Positions 1 through 9,193 of a stretch of DNA of 54,144 nucleotides are shown piece after piece; position 1 is the stretch's first letter; every line of letters starts with the position of its first letter. The notes beneath the pieces are model-generated. The model was not told where the DNA came from. It saw only the letters and a list, made by a program, of their open reading frames with translations, and made no database searches. A program made the translations under genes and the position numbers. Origin of the DNA: Algoriphagus sp. (GTDB taxonomy: Bacteria > Bacteroidota > Bacteroidia > Cytophagales > Cyclobacteriaceae); NCBI RefSeq assembly GCF_024642405.1, contig NZ_JAHEBC010000001.1, forward strand, positions 1 to 54,144, read 5' to 3'.

Positions 1-69
1 TCCTTGGACAAATACGAATCCATGTTTAGCAAAATACGCTGGAACAGGTTCTTTAAAGGAATAGAATAA
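1..69 (+). CDS. lepB: 3' end of signal peptidase I (partial, runs in from left edge)
   Basis: Frame 1 reads SLDKYESMFSKIRWNRFFKGIE*, matching the typical Bacteroidota LepB C-terminal S-x-D...KIRWxRFF motif; a terminator follows. Confidence 0.7.
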   Translation, partial: SLDKYESMFSKIRWNRFFKGIE

Positions 70-100
70 ATTAAGGCCGGAAAAAATTCCGGCCTTAATT
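69..100. terminator. Bidirectional hairpin terminator between lepB and ung
   Basis: AATTAAGGCCGGAA-aaaa-TTCCGGCCTTAATT, perfect 14-bp inverted repeat between convergent stops. Confidence 0.8.
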
Positions 101-101
101 A

Positions 102-764
102 TTACCATTCTATTGGGCTTAAACCTTTTGAAATCAAGTATTCATTTGATTTGGAAAAATGACGACAACCTAAAAACCCCCTATGGGCCGAAAGTGGGCT
201 TGGATGTGGTGCTTTTAAAACATGATGCTTGGAAGCATCGATCAATTCAGCCTTTTTTTGTGCAAATGCTCCCCATAGCATAAAAACCACATTGTTTCTC
301 TCCTTACTTATAGTTTTAATAACCTCATCTGTAAATTCTTCCCAGCCCTTTTTTTGATGTGAACCAGCTTGATGTGCCCTAACAGTCAAAGTCGCATTAA
401 GTAAAAAGACTCCCTGATCAGCCCACCTGGTTAAATCACCATTTGGGGGCAAGTCTTTCCCCAAATCAGATTTAATTTCTTTGAATATATTCAGTAAACT
501 CGGAGGAAAAGGAATCCCGGGCTTTACCGAAAAAGAAAGGCCATGGGCTTGGCCAGGTCCATGATAAGGGTCTTGGCCTAAAATCACAATCTTGACTTTA
601 TCGAATGGGCAATGCTTAAATGCATTAAAAATATTTTTCCCTTCCGGGAAAATCTTTTCTTTAGAATATTCGTCTTTTACAAATGAAACTAATTTAGAGA
701 AAGAATCCTGCTGAAATGCTTGGGTTAATACATTCTTCCAACTTGGTTCTATTTTTACATTCAT
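102..764 (-). CDS. ung: Uracil-DNA glycosylase (family 1)
   Basis: GQDPYH, PPSL, LLNA and HPSPLS motifs. Confidence 0.97.
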   Translation of the reverse strand: MNVKIEPSWKNVLTQAFQQDSFSKLVSFVKDEYSKEKIFPEGKNIFNAFKHCPFDKVKIVILGQDPYHGPGQAHGLSFSVKPGIPFPPSLLNIFKEIKSDLGKDLPPNGDLTRWADQGVFLLNATLTVRAHQAGSHQKKGWEEFTDEVIKTISKERNNVVFMLWGAFAQKKAELIDASKHHVLKAPHPSPLSAHRGFLGCRHFSKSNEYLISKGLSPIEW

Positions 765-827
765 AGTTAACTATATTGATTATCTAATTTTCAATTGTAT
801 ATTTATATCCTTTTAACTGATGAAATT

Positions 828-1214
828 ATGGTTACTGCTATTACAGAAGGAATTCAAGTAAGTGTTGAAGTTACCTATCAGGCTGAATTCTCCAGTCCTC
901 AGCAACACCATTATGTATTCACTTACAAAGTAACAATTCATAACAAAAGCCCACATACTGTTCAGTTATTACGAAGAAGATGGGAAATTTTTGATGCTGC
1001 AGAATCAATAAAAATTGTTGAGGGTGATGGAGTGGTAGGCCAACAACCAATTTTAGAAAAAGGTGAATCCCATAGTTATGTTTCAGGATGTAATTTAAAA
1101 TCAGGTCTTGGGAAAATGAAGGGCGCTTATTTCATGGAGAAATTAAACGACAGGAAACGCATAGAAGTTGAAGTTCCCGAATTTCAAATGATTGCAAATA
1201 TTTTCCATAATTAA
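828..1214 (+). CDS. apaG: ApaG (DUF525) protein
   Basis: F-x-Y-x-V-x-I-x-N, QLLRRRW, VEGDGVVGQQP and YVSGC motifs; ATG 828 preferred over TTG 795. Confidence 0.92.
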   Translation: MVTAITEGIQVSVEVTYQAEFSSPQQHHYVFTYKVTIHNKSPHTVQLLRRRWEIFDAAESIKIVEGDGVVGQQPILEKGESHSYVSGCNLKSGLGKMKGAYFMEKLNDRKRIEVEVPEFQMIANIFHN

Positions 1215-1215
1215 T

Positions 1216-1995
1216 TTGCTTAAAAAACTTTTTCCTCTTTTTGCTTATTTAAAATATTGGGTAATAAAAGAAGATAGTTACTCTCTTCAGTCTCCATTAG
1301 TTTTCAAAATTTATCAAGATTTAATTGAATTCATTAAATCTCCAAATCTTTCTGTCGGCGAAATTGAAGATTACAGAAAAACTTTGGTGGATTCAACAAA
1401 GGAAATTGAAGTTTTGGATCTAGGTGCAGGGTCAAAAAAAGTAAATTCCCGAAAAAGAAAGATCGCTGATATTACTAAGTTCAGTACAAGTCCAAAAAAG
1501 TTTGCTCTATTATATCAGTATTTTTGTCAACTGACACCAGCCATAACTGTATTTGAACTTGGGACTTGTGTGGGGATTACAACACGCTATTTATCTCAAA
1601 AAACTAAGGGAACCTTATATACTTTTGAAGGATCACAGGAAATCCAAAATGTGGCAAAACCTAATTCAGGATATGAAAATATTCAATTTATTTTGGGTGA
1701 TATATCCGAGACACTCCCTATAATCCTTTCTAAAGTTAAAGGAGTAGATTTTACTTTGATAGATGCAAATCACACCTATTTTGGAACACTAAAGTATTTT
1801 GAACTGATTTTAGAGAAAGTAAATAAAAACTCAATAATTGTAATTGGAGATATACACTGGTCTAAAGAAATGGAAAAAGCATGGGAAAAAATTAAGACCA
1901 ACCCCAATGTAAAAATGAGTATGGATTTTTATGAATGTGGAGTATTATTTTTTGATTCATCATTCATAAAGTCTGAATATATCTTAGACTTTTGA
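1216..1995 (+). CDS. Class I SAM-dependent methyltransferase (Methyltransf_24-like)
   Basis: ELGTCVGI motif I, IDANHTY, DIHWS; start uncertain (TTG 1216 or 1192). Confidence 0.82.
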   Translation: MLKKLFPLFAYLKYWVIKEDSYSLQSPLVFKIYQDLIEFIKSPNLSVGEIEDYRKTLVDSTKEIEVLDLGAGSKKVNSRKRKIADITKFSTSPKKFALLYQYFCQLTPAITVFELGTCVGITTRYLSQKTKGTLYTFEGSQEIQNVAKPNSGYENIQFILGDISETLPIILSKVKGVDFTLIDANHTYFGTLKYFELILEKVNKNSIIVIGDIHWSKEMEKAWEKIKTNPNVKMSMDFYECGVLFFDSSFIKSEYILDF

Positions 1996-2574
1996 TTTTA
2001 TCGCCTGAAAAAAAAATTCAGCCCCAGCTCTTTCAGGTATGGAGTTATAACAATTGGTAATTGATAATTCGTGAAACTTTTCTTCAAATAAAGACTGATA
2101 CTCCTTCAGAGAACCTCCAAAGGGAGGCCCATCCTTATCAAACACCCTATTGAATAATAAACCGACTAATTTTCCTCCAGGCTTAAGTAATTCAATCATT
2201 TTACTAACATACTTAGGTCTTAGGGAAGGATCGAGCGCACAAAAAAAGGTTTGTTCCAGAATTAAGTCATAATTTTTGTTGTGGTAGAAAAAATCCTCAT
2301 GATGGATATTCGAGTCCGGAAACTCTGGGGACTTCAATTTAAATCTTCTTAATGGCTCAGAAGAAAAGTCGAGAATATTAACATTTTTAAATCCACAATT
2401 AAAAGCATATAAGGCTTCATATCCATTACCAGCACCAGGTATCAGAATTTCAACTTCTTTTTTTTCAATTTGGTCTAAAAATTGCACAATAGGAGTAGAA
2501 GGATATCCAATATCCCAGCCAGTTTGACCAAACTTATATCGATTAGACCAGTAGTTTTCGTCAAAAACAGTCAT
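1984..2574 (-). CDS. Thiopurine/thiol/halide S-methyltransferase (TPMT family)
   Basis: YW..RY...TGWDIG..S.P, ILIPGAGNGYE, EQTFFCAL.P and GPPFG motifs. Confidence 0.9.
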   Translation of the reverse strand: MTVFDENYWSNRYKFGQTGWDIGYPSTPIVQFLDQIEKKEVEILIPGAGNGYEALYAFNCGFKNVNILDFSSEPLRRFKLKSPEFPDSNIHHEDFFYHNKNYDLILEQTFFCALDPSLRPKYVSKMIELLKPGGKLVGLLFNRVFDKDGPPFGGSLKEYQSLFEEKFHELSITNCYNSIPERAGAEFFFQAIKSKV

Positions 2575-2597
2575 TTAACAACAGCTATTTCAAAATT

Positions 2598-3527
2598 ATG
2601 AGCACAAATTTCGAGTCAGGAGCAAACCCAAAGAAAGAGCAAGGTAAAAATATAATTATTATTGTTCTTGTACTTTTAGTGATAATCAGTGGAATAAAAT
2701 TATATACTGATTATGTGGACCGAAGTAAAAAGACGAAAGAGATTCTACTTTTATCCACTGAAAACAATGAGTTAAATAAACGATTAGACTCTGTAACCTA
2801 CCAACTCGATTTAAGGATTCAAGAAATTGAAAAATTAGGTGGAGACATTGAGGCACTCGAGGAAGTAAGAGACCAACTTATTGCCGAAAGAAATACTTCA
2901 AGACAAAGAAGTGCTAATGAAATAGCTGCGCTGAATGAAAAAATAAGAAGTTATAGCGGGTTGATCGAAGAAAAAGATCAGGAAATATTAGAACTGCGTG
3001 CTATGAACCAACAGCTGTTTGCTGAAAATCAAGATTTGAAAACTACTCAGGCAGAAATAGAAGAGGAAGTAGCACAATTGAATATTCAAAAAGAAGATTT
3101 ACAAGCGAAAGTAAATATTGCAGCAATGCTCAAAGCCGACAATATTAATATTGCTGCTGTAAACTCCAGAGGAAAAGAGAGGATTGAAACCACGAAAGAT
3201 TTTAGAAATCGACAAATTGAAAGAATTAAAGTAAGCTTTTCTTTTGCAGATAATAAAGTAGCTGAAAAAGGCCCAAGAAATGTATACGTACAGGTTTTAG
3301 CTCCTAATTCTCAACCAATTTTTGATGTGGCTAAAGGATCCGGTACATTTATGATGGACGGAGTTGAAGAATTTTACACTGTAAGGCAGGATATAATCTT
3401 TGATAACACGGAACAGGAATTGACCTTTTATTATGAAAAAGGTTCTGATTATAGTTCAGGCATTCATGAAGTCCGAATTTTTGTTGATAATTATCAAATT
3501 GGTTCAAAAACATTCTCAGTAAAATAA
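2598..3527 (+). CDS. Single-pass membrane protein with long coiled coil and C-terminal beta-rich domain
   Basis: Hydrophobic IIIIVLVLLVIISGI, about 130-aa heptad-rich E/Q/K/L region, beta-strand-rich C-terminus. Confidence 0.8.
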   Translation: MSTNFESGANPKKEQGKNIIIIVLVLLVIISGIKLYTDYVDRSKKTKEILLLSTENNELNKRLDSVTYQLDLRIQEIEKLGGDIEALEEVRDQLIAERNTSRQRSANEIAALNEKIRSYSGLIEEKDQEILELRAMNQQLFAENQDLKTTQAEIEEEVAQLNIQKEDLQAKVNIAAMLKADNINIAAVNSRGKERIETTKDFRNRQIERIKVSFSFADNKVAEKGPRNVYVQVLAPNSQPIFDVAKGSGTFMMDGVEEFYTVRQDIIFDNTEQELTFYYEKGSDYSSGIHEVRIFVDNYQIGSKTFSVK

Positions 3528-3555
3528 AAAAAGACCTCCACAAGGAGGTTTTTTT
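3527..3555 (+). terminator. Rho-independent terminator
   Basis: AAAAAAGACCTCC-acaa-GGAGGTTTTTTT. Confidence 0.85.
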
Positions 3556-3609
3556 ATGGATTTAACTTTTTCATTTAAACATACTCTAGGATTAAAGCAT
3601 GATTTCCCC

Positions 3610-3617
3610 TACTTTTG
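3610..3617 (+). promoter_or_regulatory. Bacteroidota -7 promoter element of the rpsF operon
   Basis: TACTTTTG matches TAnnTTTG, 36 nt upstream of the rpsF ATG. Confidence 0.7.
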
Positions 3618-3653
3618 CGGTCTGTTTATTAAATTCCTTAAACACATTTAAAA

Positions 3654-4025
3654 ATGTTCCAAAGAAATTACGAGACGGTATTCATTTTAACTCCCGTTTT
3701 GTCTGATGTTCAGATGAAGGATACCGTAGACAAGTTTGTGAACTTGCTAAAAGAAGAGGGGGCAGATGTTATTAATGTGGAAAACTGGGGTCTAAAGAAG
3801 ATGGCATACAACATCGAGAAGAAGACTACAGGTTTTTATGTTTTGGTTGAGTTCAAGGCCGATCCAACAATCATCCGCAAATTCGAATTAGAATTTAGAA
3901 GAGATGAAAAAGTGATGAGATTCTTGACTACTGTTTTGGAAAAGCATGGTATTGCTTATGCCGAAAGAAGAAGAAAAGGAGAGTTTAACAAAAAATCTGA
4001 AGCTAAGGAGGAAGCCACAAAATGA
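3654..4025 (+). CDS. rpsF: 30S ribosomal protein S6
   Basis: [28 protein letters not shown]. Confidence 0.97.
   Translation: MFQRNYETVFILTPVLSDVQMKDTVDKFVNLLKEEGADVINVENWGLKKMAYNIEKKTTGFYVLVEFKADPTIIRKFELEFRRDEKVMRFLTTVLEKHGIAYAERRRKGEFNKKSEAKEEATK
4004..4011 (+). promoter_or_regulatory. Strong Shine-Dalgarno sequence for rpsR, inside the rpsF 3' end
   Basis: TAAGGAGG with 10 nt spacing to the rpsR ATG at 4022. Confidence 0.7.
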
Positions 4026-4273
4026 CACTTATAAACGAGCCAATCAATAGAGGCGAAATCAGAAAAAAGTATTGCCGATTCAAGAAGCATGGTATTAAGT
4101 ACATTGATTACAAGGACCCTAACTTCTTGTTAAAATTTGTAAATGAGCAAGGTAAAATTCTTCCTAGAAGACTTACTGGTAACTCTGCAAAGTACCAGAA
4201 GAAAGTTGCAAATGCCATCAAAAAAGCAAGACATTTGGCTTTGTTGCCATTCGTAACCGATGGTTTGAAATAA
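4022..4273 (+). CDS. rpsR: 30S ribosomal protein S18
   Basis: [21 protein letters not shown]...QKKVA.AIKKAR.LALLPF; ATGA overlap with rpsF. Confidence 0.97.
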   Translation: MTLINEPINRGEIRKKYCRFKKHGIKYIDYKDPNFLLKFVNEQGKILPRRLTGNSAKYQKKVANAIKKARHLALLPFVTDGLK

Positions 4274-4312
4274 TTCGGTCTTGTATCGTCCAATCAAAAA
4301 AGATCATTACAA

Positions 4313-4756
4313 ATGGAAATCATTCTAAAAACAGACATCAAAGGTCTTGGCTATAAAAACGACTTGGTTGAAGTAAAGCCTGGTTATGGAAGAAACTACC
4401 TTATCCCTCAAGGATATGCAGTTTTAGCTACTGGCTCAAACAAGAAAATTCTTGCCGAGAATATCAAGCAAGCTGCTCACAAAGCAGAAAAAATTAAAAC
4501 TGAAGCTGAAAATATTGCGGAGAAATTACAAGCCTTAACGCTTGAGATCAAAGCTAAAATCGGTGAATCAGGTAAAATCTTCGGAAAAGTTACTACACTT
4601 CAGATTGCAGATGCTCTTGCATCAAATGGAATCGACATAGACAGAAAGAAAATCTCTATCAATGTACCTGTTGATGGTGCTGGAGAATTCGCTGCTGAAG
4701 TTGATTTGCATAGAGAAGTTAAAACAGAAGTTAAATTTGTAGTTGTTGGCGAGTAA
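4313..4756 (+). CDS. rplI: 50S ribosomal protein L9
   Basis: LG...D.VEVKPGYGRNYLIPQG.A, GKIFG.VT. Confidence 0.97.
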   Translation: MEIILKTDIKGLGYKNDLVEVKPGYGRNYLIPQGYAVLATGSNKKILAENIKQAAHKAEKIKTEAENIAEKLQALTLEIKAKIGESGKIFGKVTTLQIADALASNGIDIDRKKISINVPVDGAGEFAAEVDLHREVKTEVKFVVVGE

Positions 4757-4778
4757 GCCTTAATACAAATTCAAAATA

Positions 4779-4804
4779 AAAAGCTCACCAAATGGTGAGC
4801 TTTT
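4779..4804. terminator. Bidirectional terminator after rplI
   Basis: AAAAGCTCACCA-aa-TGGTGAGCTTTT. Confidence 0.88.
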
Positions 4805-4812
4805 CTTTTTTC

Positions 4813-5058
4813 TTAATTTAGAGACTTTTCGAAATCTTCAATAAGTTTTTTGGAGACTGATCTGCTATTTTTTTCTCTTTCCTCTTTAAATAAGGCGATA
4901 GCCTCTTGAGACTTTTCGATTACTCCAACTGGGTTGTTATCGTTTTTAAAACTCACCCAGCACCAGGAAAGCTCGGCTGCTAAAGAGTCACCAAGTTTTA
5001 ATTTCTCAAGCTTCTGAATTACATCAGGAATAGTTTTTTCTAGTTTTTCGACTTTCAT
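4813..5058 (-). CDS. Small hypothetical helical protein (81 aa)
   Basis: Clean ORF with A-rich start context that ends at the bidirectional terminator; no family recognised. Confidence 0.7.
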   Translation of the reverse strand: MKVEKLEKTIPDVIQKLEKLKLGDSLAAELSWCWVSFKNDNNPVGVIEKSQEAIALFKEEREKNSRSVSKKLIEDFEKSLN

Positions 5059-5327
5059 TGTTGTAAAGTTAGTTCAATAGATTTTTGATTTGTCAGCAAA
5101 ACTGAATATTTATTTTCTATTAAACAAAAAACATCTCTATTAATTATCATAATGGTAATTTCAATCGATTTCCAAAGGTTATATAAATGAAAAATTTTAG
5201 ATCTAAATTGTAAACTTCCTCGTTTCCCAATGAGATCAATAAAAATATTATCTACTGAAAACAAGCCAATTAAGTCCAAATCTTAAAAATCTTTTTTGCA
5301 CAACTTGCAAAAAAAGAAAGGAGAATC

Positions 5328-5335
5328 TACCTTTG
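5328..5335 (+). promoter_or_regulatory. -7 promoter element for the tRNA
   Basis: TACCTTTG with TTG at 5305-5307 (-33 position). Confidence 0.65.
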
Positions 5336-5375
5336 TGACACTTTAAAGAAAACTAAATGGTTTTCGCTAGTTAAC

Positions 5376-5448
5376 TGGTCCATGGTGTAACTGGCAACAC
5401 GTCTGATTTTGGTTCAGAAGAGTCCAGGTTCGAGCCCTGGTGGACCAA
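5376..5448 (+). tRNA. tRNA-Gln(TTG), CCA not encoded
   Basis: Acceptor TGGTCCA/TGGACCA, anticodon arm TCTGA-TT TTG GT-TCAGA, T arm CCAGG-TTCGAGC-CCTGG. Confidence 0.96.
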
Positions 5449-5449
5449 C

Positions 5450-5478
5450 AAAACCTCTTGAATATCAAGAGGTTTTTT
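5450..5478. terminator. Terminator after the tRNA (probably bidirectional)
   Basis: AAAACCTCTTGA-ata-TCAAGAGGTTTTTT. Confidence 0.85.
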
Positions 5479-6194
5479 TATTTAATAAACCGCAAGCGAT
5501 AAGCATTCATAGCATTTTTTCCCAAAAGTTCAGTTAATTGATAATTGGCTATGGCCCCTACCCCAGCCCCGACTATTGGAATTAGTTGAGCAAGCTTGGC
5601 TAGATCTATGTAATCCCGATAATCCAATTGAAAAGTTTTCCAATCGAATTCGCTTAAATCATTTGGCAAGGTAGCTCTAAAGTTTTCCCAATCTTCAATA
5701 AGACCAATCAGATCATTCTTCCTTTGTTGGGAGGAAAAACTCAATTGAAAAACATAAAGTAAAAAAAGCCTTTCTTGAAAGTTTTTGGTGTCAAACCCAT
5801 AAAGCGAAGCTATATCAAAAAGCATCTTCATTTTGATCGTTAGAAAAGCAGGAAAGTCAGCAAACCCTAATAATATTCCGCCAGCTCCTGTTATTGCTCC
5901 TTCTACTGATGCGGTATTTCGATACCACTTTATTCGACTTCTGATCTTAGCCTCCCGTTCCTTTAGACTTAATTCCCTTTTAGGTTTTGGGCGAATTAAA
6001 GTTGAGCCAGTTATCACCATCTTTACCATATTTTCTACAGCAAGAGTGATTGCACGATGGATTTTTTCTGGAATCCAGCTATTAATTTTTCCTTGTATTC
6101 CATGGGTTACCTTACCGAAAAACCCAGACTTCTTTTTCATTTGGATCAACCAGGTCCCAAGCTCGGCATGCACATAATTTAAATAGTTATCCAT
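5478..6194 (-). CDS. EcsC family protein
   Basis: EGAITGAGGILLG.AD.P, IASLYGFD, KLAQLIP.VGA.VGA..N motifs. Confidence 0.88.
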   Translation of the reverse strand: MDNYLNYVHAELGTWLIQMKKKSGFFGKVTHGIQGKINSWIPEKIHRAITLAVENMVKMVITGSTLIRPKPKRELSLKEREAKIRSRIKWYRNTASVEGAITGAGGILLGFADFPAFLTIKMKMLFDIASLYGFDTKNFQERLFLLYVFQLSFSSQQRKNDLIGLIEDWENFRATLPNDLSEFDWKTFQLDYRDYIDLAKLAQLIPIVGAGVGAIANYQLTELLGKNAMNAYRLRFIK

Positions 6195-6291
6195 CTGTCT
6201 TCTAGCTCTAGATATGGTATACTGATTATACTATCGGAAGTTCCAAAACATTAAATCTATCAGGATTCAATTTGAATTACTCAAAAATAAA

Positions 6292-6321
6292 AAAAGCTGC
6301 CTCAATGATGGGGCAGCTTTT
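6292..6321 (-). terminator. Terminator downstream of the M14 peptidase
   Basis: AAAAGCTGCCTCA-atga-TGGGGCAGCTTTT with an A-run on the left (U-tract on the minus strand). Confidence 0.8.
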
Positions 6322-6339
6322 CAAATCCACTCATTAATC

Positions 6340-9060
6340 CTATTTATACAATCCGTTAAACAACATTTTAAATGTACCATGAGATTGTGCTCTGAAGGTA
6401 ATTTCTGGACCAAAGGCATATAGTTTACCATCTCCAATTTGTGCTTCAAAAGCAGTCACTCCATTTTTCAGATAAGACTGACCCCAGGCCCAACCGCTCT
6501 TTAATGGCTCTTCATCTCCAAACCAAGCTATAGGTTTTACACCCATATTTCCTGCTGAAGGTGACAATTTGAACACTGGGCTTCTATTAAACATGATATA
6601 TGCCTTTTCACCCATACCATAATTGATAGGTACAGAATTATCAACATGCATTTCAAGAACTGAACCTGGAACATAATATTTCTCACCGCTTAGGCCTCTA
6701 GGCTTGCCATCCGATCCCATTTCTACCAAAGCATCCTCAACTGGTAAATCTAAGTGGTAAGCTAGATCGGTCGCACTACCTACTGTGATAATATCACCTC
6801 CATTCTCCATAAATTCTCTCAATTCTGGAATTGATTTATCAACGGAAATTCCGCCTAGCATATGGCGATATTCCTCGGGAATCTCATCTTCATCGGGTTG
6901 TCTTCTATTATAACCTCCTGAATTCTCACTTGGAATTCCTGGACCGATAAATACCAAGACATCAAACTTATCATTAAGATTTCCATTGTCAATTTCCTGA
7001 GGAAATACTAATTCGAAAGGAAAATGAAATTGCTCCATCATCCATCTCACCCATCCTGAAGGCATTGATCCACCATAATAATCAAACAAACCTATTCTGG
7101 CTGGCTTAATTTCTGTAGCACCAGCAGGGACTCCTCTGGCTGCTACCGGATATACACCATATTCACTTGCTGCTTTCTCCAAAACTTTTTTACCAGCATT
7201 TCCTACGTAAAAAGAACCTGCTGGCAATCCTCCTGTTGAAGAGTTGGTTCGATAAACTTTCACTTTAGCTTGAAAGAGATCATTTACAGCCATAAAGCTA
7301 TTATTAGATCTGGAATCAATCAAAAATCCTGAGCCACTTACTAACGGCTTTGGGTCAGGGGTAAGAATCTCTCCATACGGCATTCTTTCAAAAGGCCCAT
7401 CAAAATCTTCCATTATCCTATCAATTTCAGAACCCATTTGGAAAGCCAACGTCCATCCTGCTGCATCATAAGGTCTAATCGGAGGGCCTCCTGGATACAA
7501 GAAATCATTAGGGTGATCTTGCGGCTCAAACATATCAATAACATGAGGTCTAAAAGCCTGATCAGTTTTCACAATATAAGATCCCGCAGGATACGACTTG
7601 CCATTGACCGTAAAGTCTGAAGTTGCCTTATGAACTAATATACCTGATTTGATCAATGCATTTAAAAATTTTATAGCTGTTGGAAAATCAGGCTGGTCTG
7701 CTGGTAAGATATATCCTCTTGGGTCACGATTTGAAGGATCTTTATATACCGAATCGTAAAATTGAGCTGGTATACCTGATCTAAAACCGGAATTAGAGGA
7801 TCCATTGTTATCAGAATTCCTCTTCCTTGATGATTCAAATGCATCTTGAACAGCTTGTGCATATTTAGGGTACATCGTCCAATTGTCTTTACTTCCCTTT
7901 TCAATAGCACTTCTACCCATCAAATAGATATTATATAGTAATTCATCACCATGTCTTACAGCGTGATTTAAAACGCCATAATTCAAAGAAATAGAATAAT
8001 CAATAGATCTTCTAAAGTGCCAATCTTGAGGTGTAATTGGATAAGGAGTACCATTATTTGGTATCAATCTATCTGGAACAAGTGGAACTGTTGATGGTGT
8101 AGGATTACCAATAATCTCGGTAAGAATACCAATGATATTATGATAATAAGGAGTAGTTCTTAGTCCTCCGTTCCACCAGGTAGAAAAAACAGATCCATCT
8201 AGTCTGGTGTATCCAGGTTTATCTTCTTGGTGAAGTTTATTTATCATAGAAGCTCCTACTGCATCCAAACTTGTGATGATCATTGGATCAAATACATGAT
8301 TAAATGGATCTCGGTACGGAGGTCCTGCTACTACGGTTCCAGCAGGTCCAGACTGATGATGATTATAAATGATCTGTGGGATCCATTCAACATATTGCTG
8401 AAGAGACATATTTGCCGCTTCGCTCATGTTGTTCATGTAGAAATCCCGGTTATTGTCATGACCTACATATTTCTGATATAAAATAGGAATGTTTTGATCT
8501 CTTTCTTCTGGATTTTCTTTTCTCATATACCAATCAGACATAATTTCCATCCCATCAGGATTGGCATGAACAAGAAGGATAATGACATTATCCAGAATTT
8601 TCATCGTCTCTTCATCAGTCCTTGAAGCTAATTGATAAAGTGTTTCAATCAACTGATGTGGGCCAACAACTTCATTTGCATGCAAACCACCATCGATCCA
8701 AACAACAGGTTTACCTTCTACGACTAACTTTTCGGCTTCTTCCTTTGTGATTTCTGCCCTAGCCAGTGTTTGTGAGATTTCCTTATATCTATCAAGTTTA
8801 TCGAAATTAGCTGGTGCAGTGACGATCATCATAGGATGAGATCTCCCGTATTCTGTCTTCCCAATTTCAACCAATTTCACTCGGTCACTGGCATCGGCCA
8901 CTTTCTTAAAGTAAGCTTCAGATTGAGAAAATGTAGCTAGTTTATAATCATCCCCAATATCAAAACCAAAATGTGATTTGGGTGTGGGTACAGTTTGAGC
9001 AAAAAGTCCAAATGACCAGAGGCTCAACAATAAAATAAAGAGCGTAAAACGTTTTTTCAT
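6340..9060 (-). CDS. Secreted M14 family zinc carboxypeptidase with C-terminal GATase-like domain
   Basis: Signal peptide ending LFA-Q; DGGLHANE (HxxE), NPDG, DNNRD, HHQ zinc/substrate motifs. Confidence 0.88.
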   Translation of the reverse strand: MKKRFTLFILLLSLWSFGLFAQTVPTPKSHFGFDIGDDYKLATFSQSEAYFKKVADASDRVKLVEIGKTEYGRSHPMMIVTAPANFDKLDRYKEISQTLARAEITKEEAEKLVVEGKPVVWIDGGLHANEVVGPHQLIETLYQLASRTDEETMKILDNVIILLVHANPDGMEIMSDWYMRKENPEERDQNIPILYQKYVGHDNNRDFYMNNMSEAANMSLQQYVEWIPQIIYNHHQSGPAGTVVAGPPYRDPFNHVFDPMIITSLDAVGASMINKLHQEDKPGYTRLDGSVFSTWWNGGLRTTPYYHNIIGILTEIIGNPTPSTVPLVPDRLIPNNGTPYPITPQDWHFRRSIDYSISLNYGVLNHAVRHGDELLYNIYLMGRSAIEKGSKDNWTMYPKYAQAVQDAFESSRKRNSDNNGSSNSGFRSGIPAQFYDSVYKDPSNRDPRGYILPADQPDFPTAIKFLNALIKSGILVHKATSDFTVNGKSYPAGSYIVKTDQAFRPHVIDMFEPQDHPNDFLYPGGPPIRPYDAAGWTLAFQMGSEIDRIMEDFDGPFERMPYGEILTPDPKPLVSGSGFLIDSRSNNSFMAVNDLFQAKVKVYRTNSSTGGLPAGSFYVGNAGKKVLEKAASEYGVYPVAARGVPAGATEIKPARIGLFDYYGGSMPSGWVRWMMEQFHFPFELVFPQEIDNGNLNDKFDVLVFIGPGIPSENSGGYNRRQPDEDEIPEEYRHMLGGISVDKSIPELREFMENGGDIITVGSATDLAYHLDLPVEDALVEMGSDGKPRGLSGEKYYVPGSVLEMHVDNSVPINYGMGEKAYIMFNRSPVFKLSPSAGNMGVKPIAWFGDEEPLKSGWAWGQSYLKNGVTAFEAQIGDGKLYAFGPEITFRAQSHGTFKMLFNGLYK

Positions 9061-9107
9061 ATGATGTTATTTGGTGGATGGTTATTTCATCTTTTCTAAA
9101 ATACTAT

Positions 9108-9142
9108 GAAAAAAGAGGTATACATTTTTGTAGTACCTCTTT
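9108..9142 (-). terminator. Probable terminator of the 1022-aa orphan gene
   Basis: AAAGAGGTA...TACCTCTTT inverted repeat with an A-run on the left. Confidence 0.6.
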
Positions 9143-9193
9143 CTACTTATTTTTTACAGGATCGGGTTATTACATCAATGAATATTAATCTTC

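Noticed and set aside
3618-3653. S6:S18 leader RNA upstream of rpsF
   Set aside because: The leader is very short and I could not identify the hairpin or CCG motif.
5055-5279. 74-aa minus-strand ORF upstream of the 81-aa gene
   Set aside because: Non-ATG start in AT-rich intergenic/promoter DNA; no recognisable features.
5376-5478. tRNA-Gln as a possible integration site
   Set aside because: No integrase, and I saw no duplicated tRNA 3' end; a terminator and an ordinary gene follow directly.
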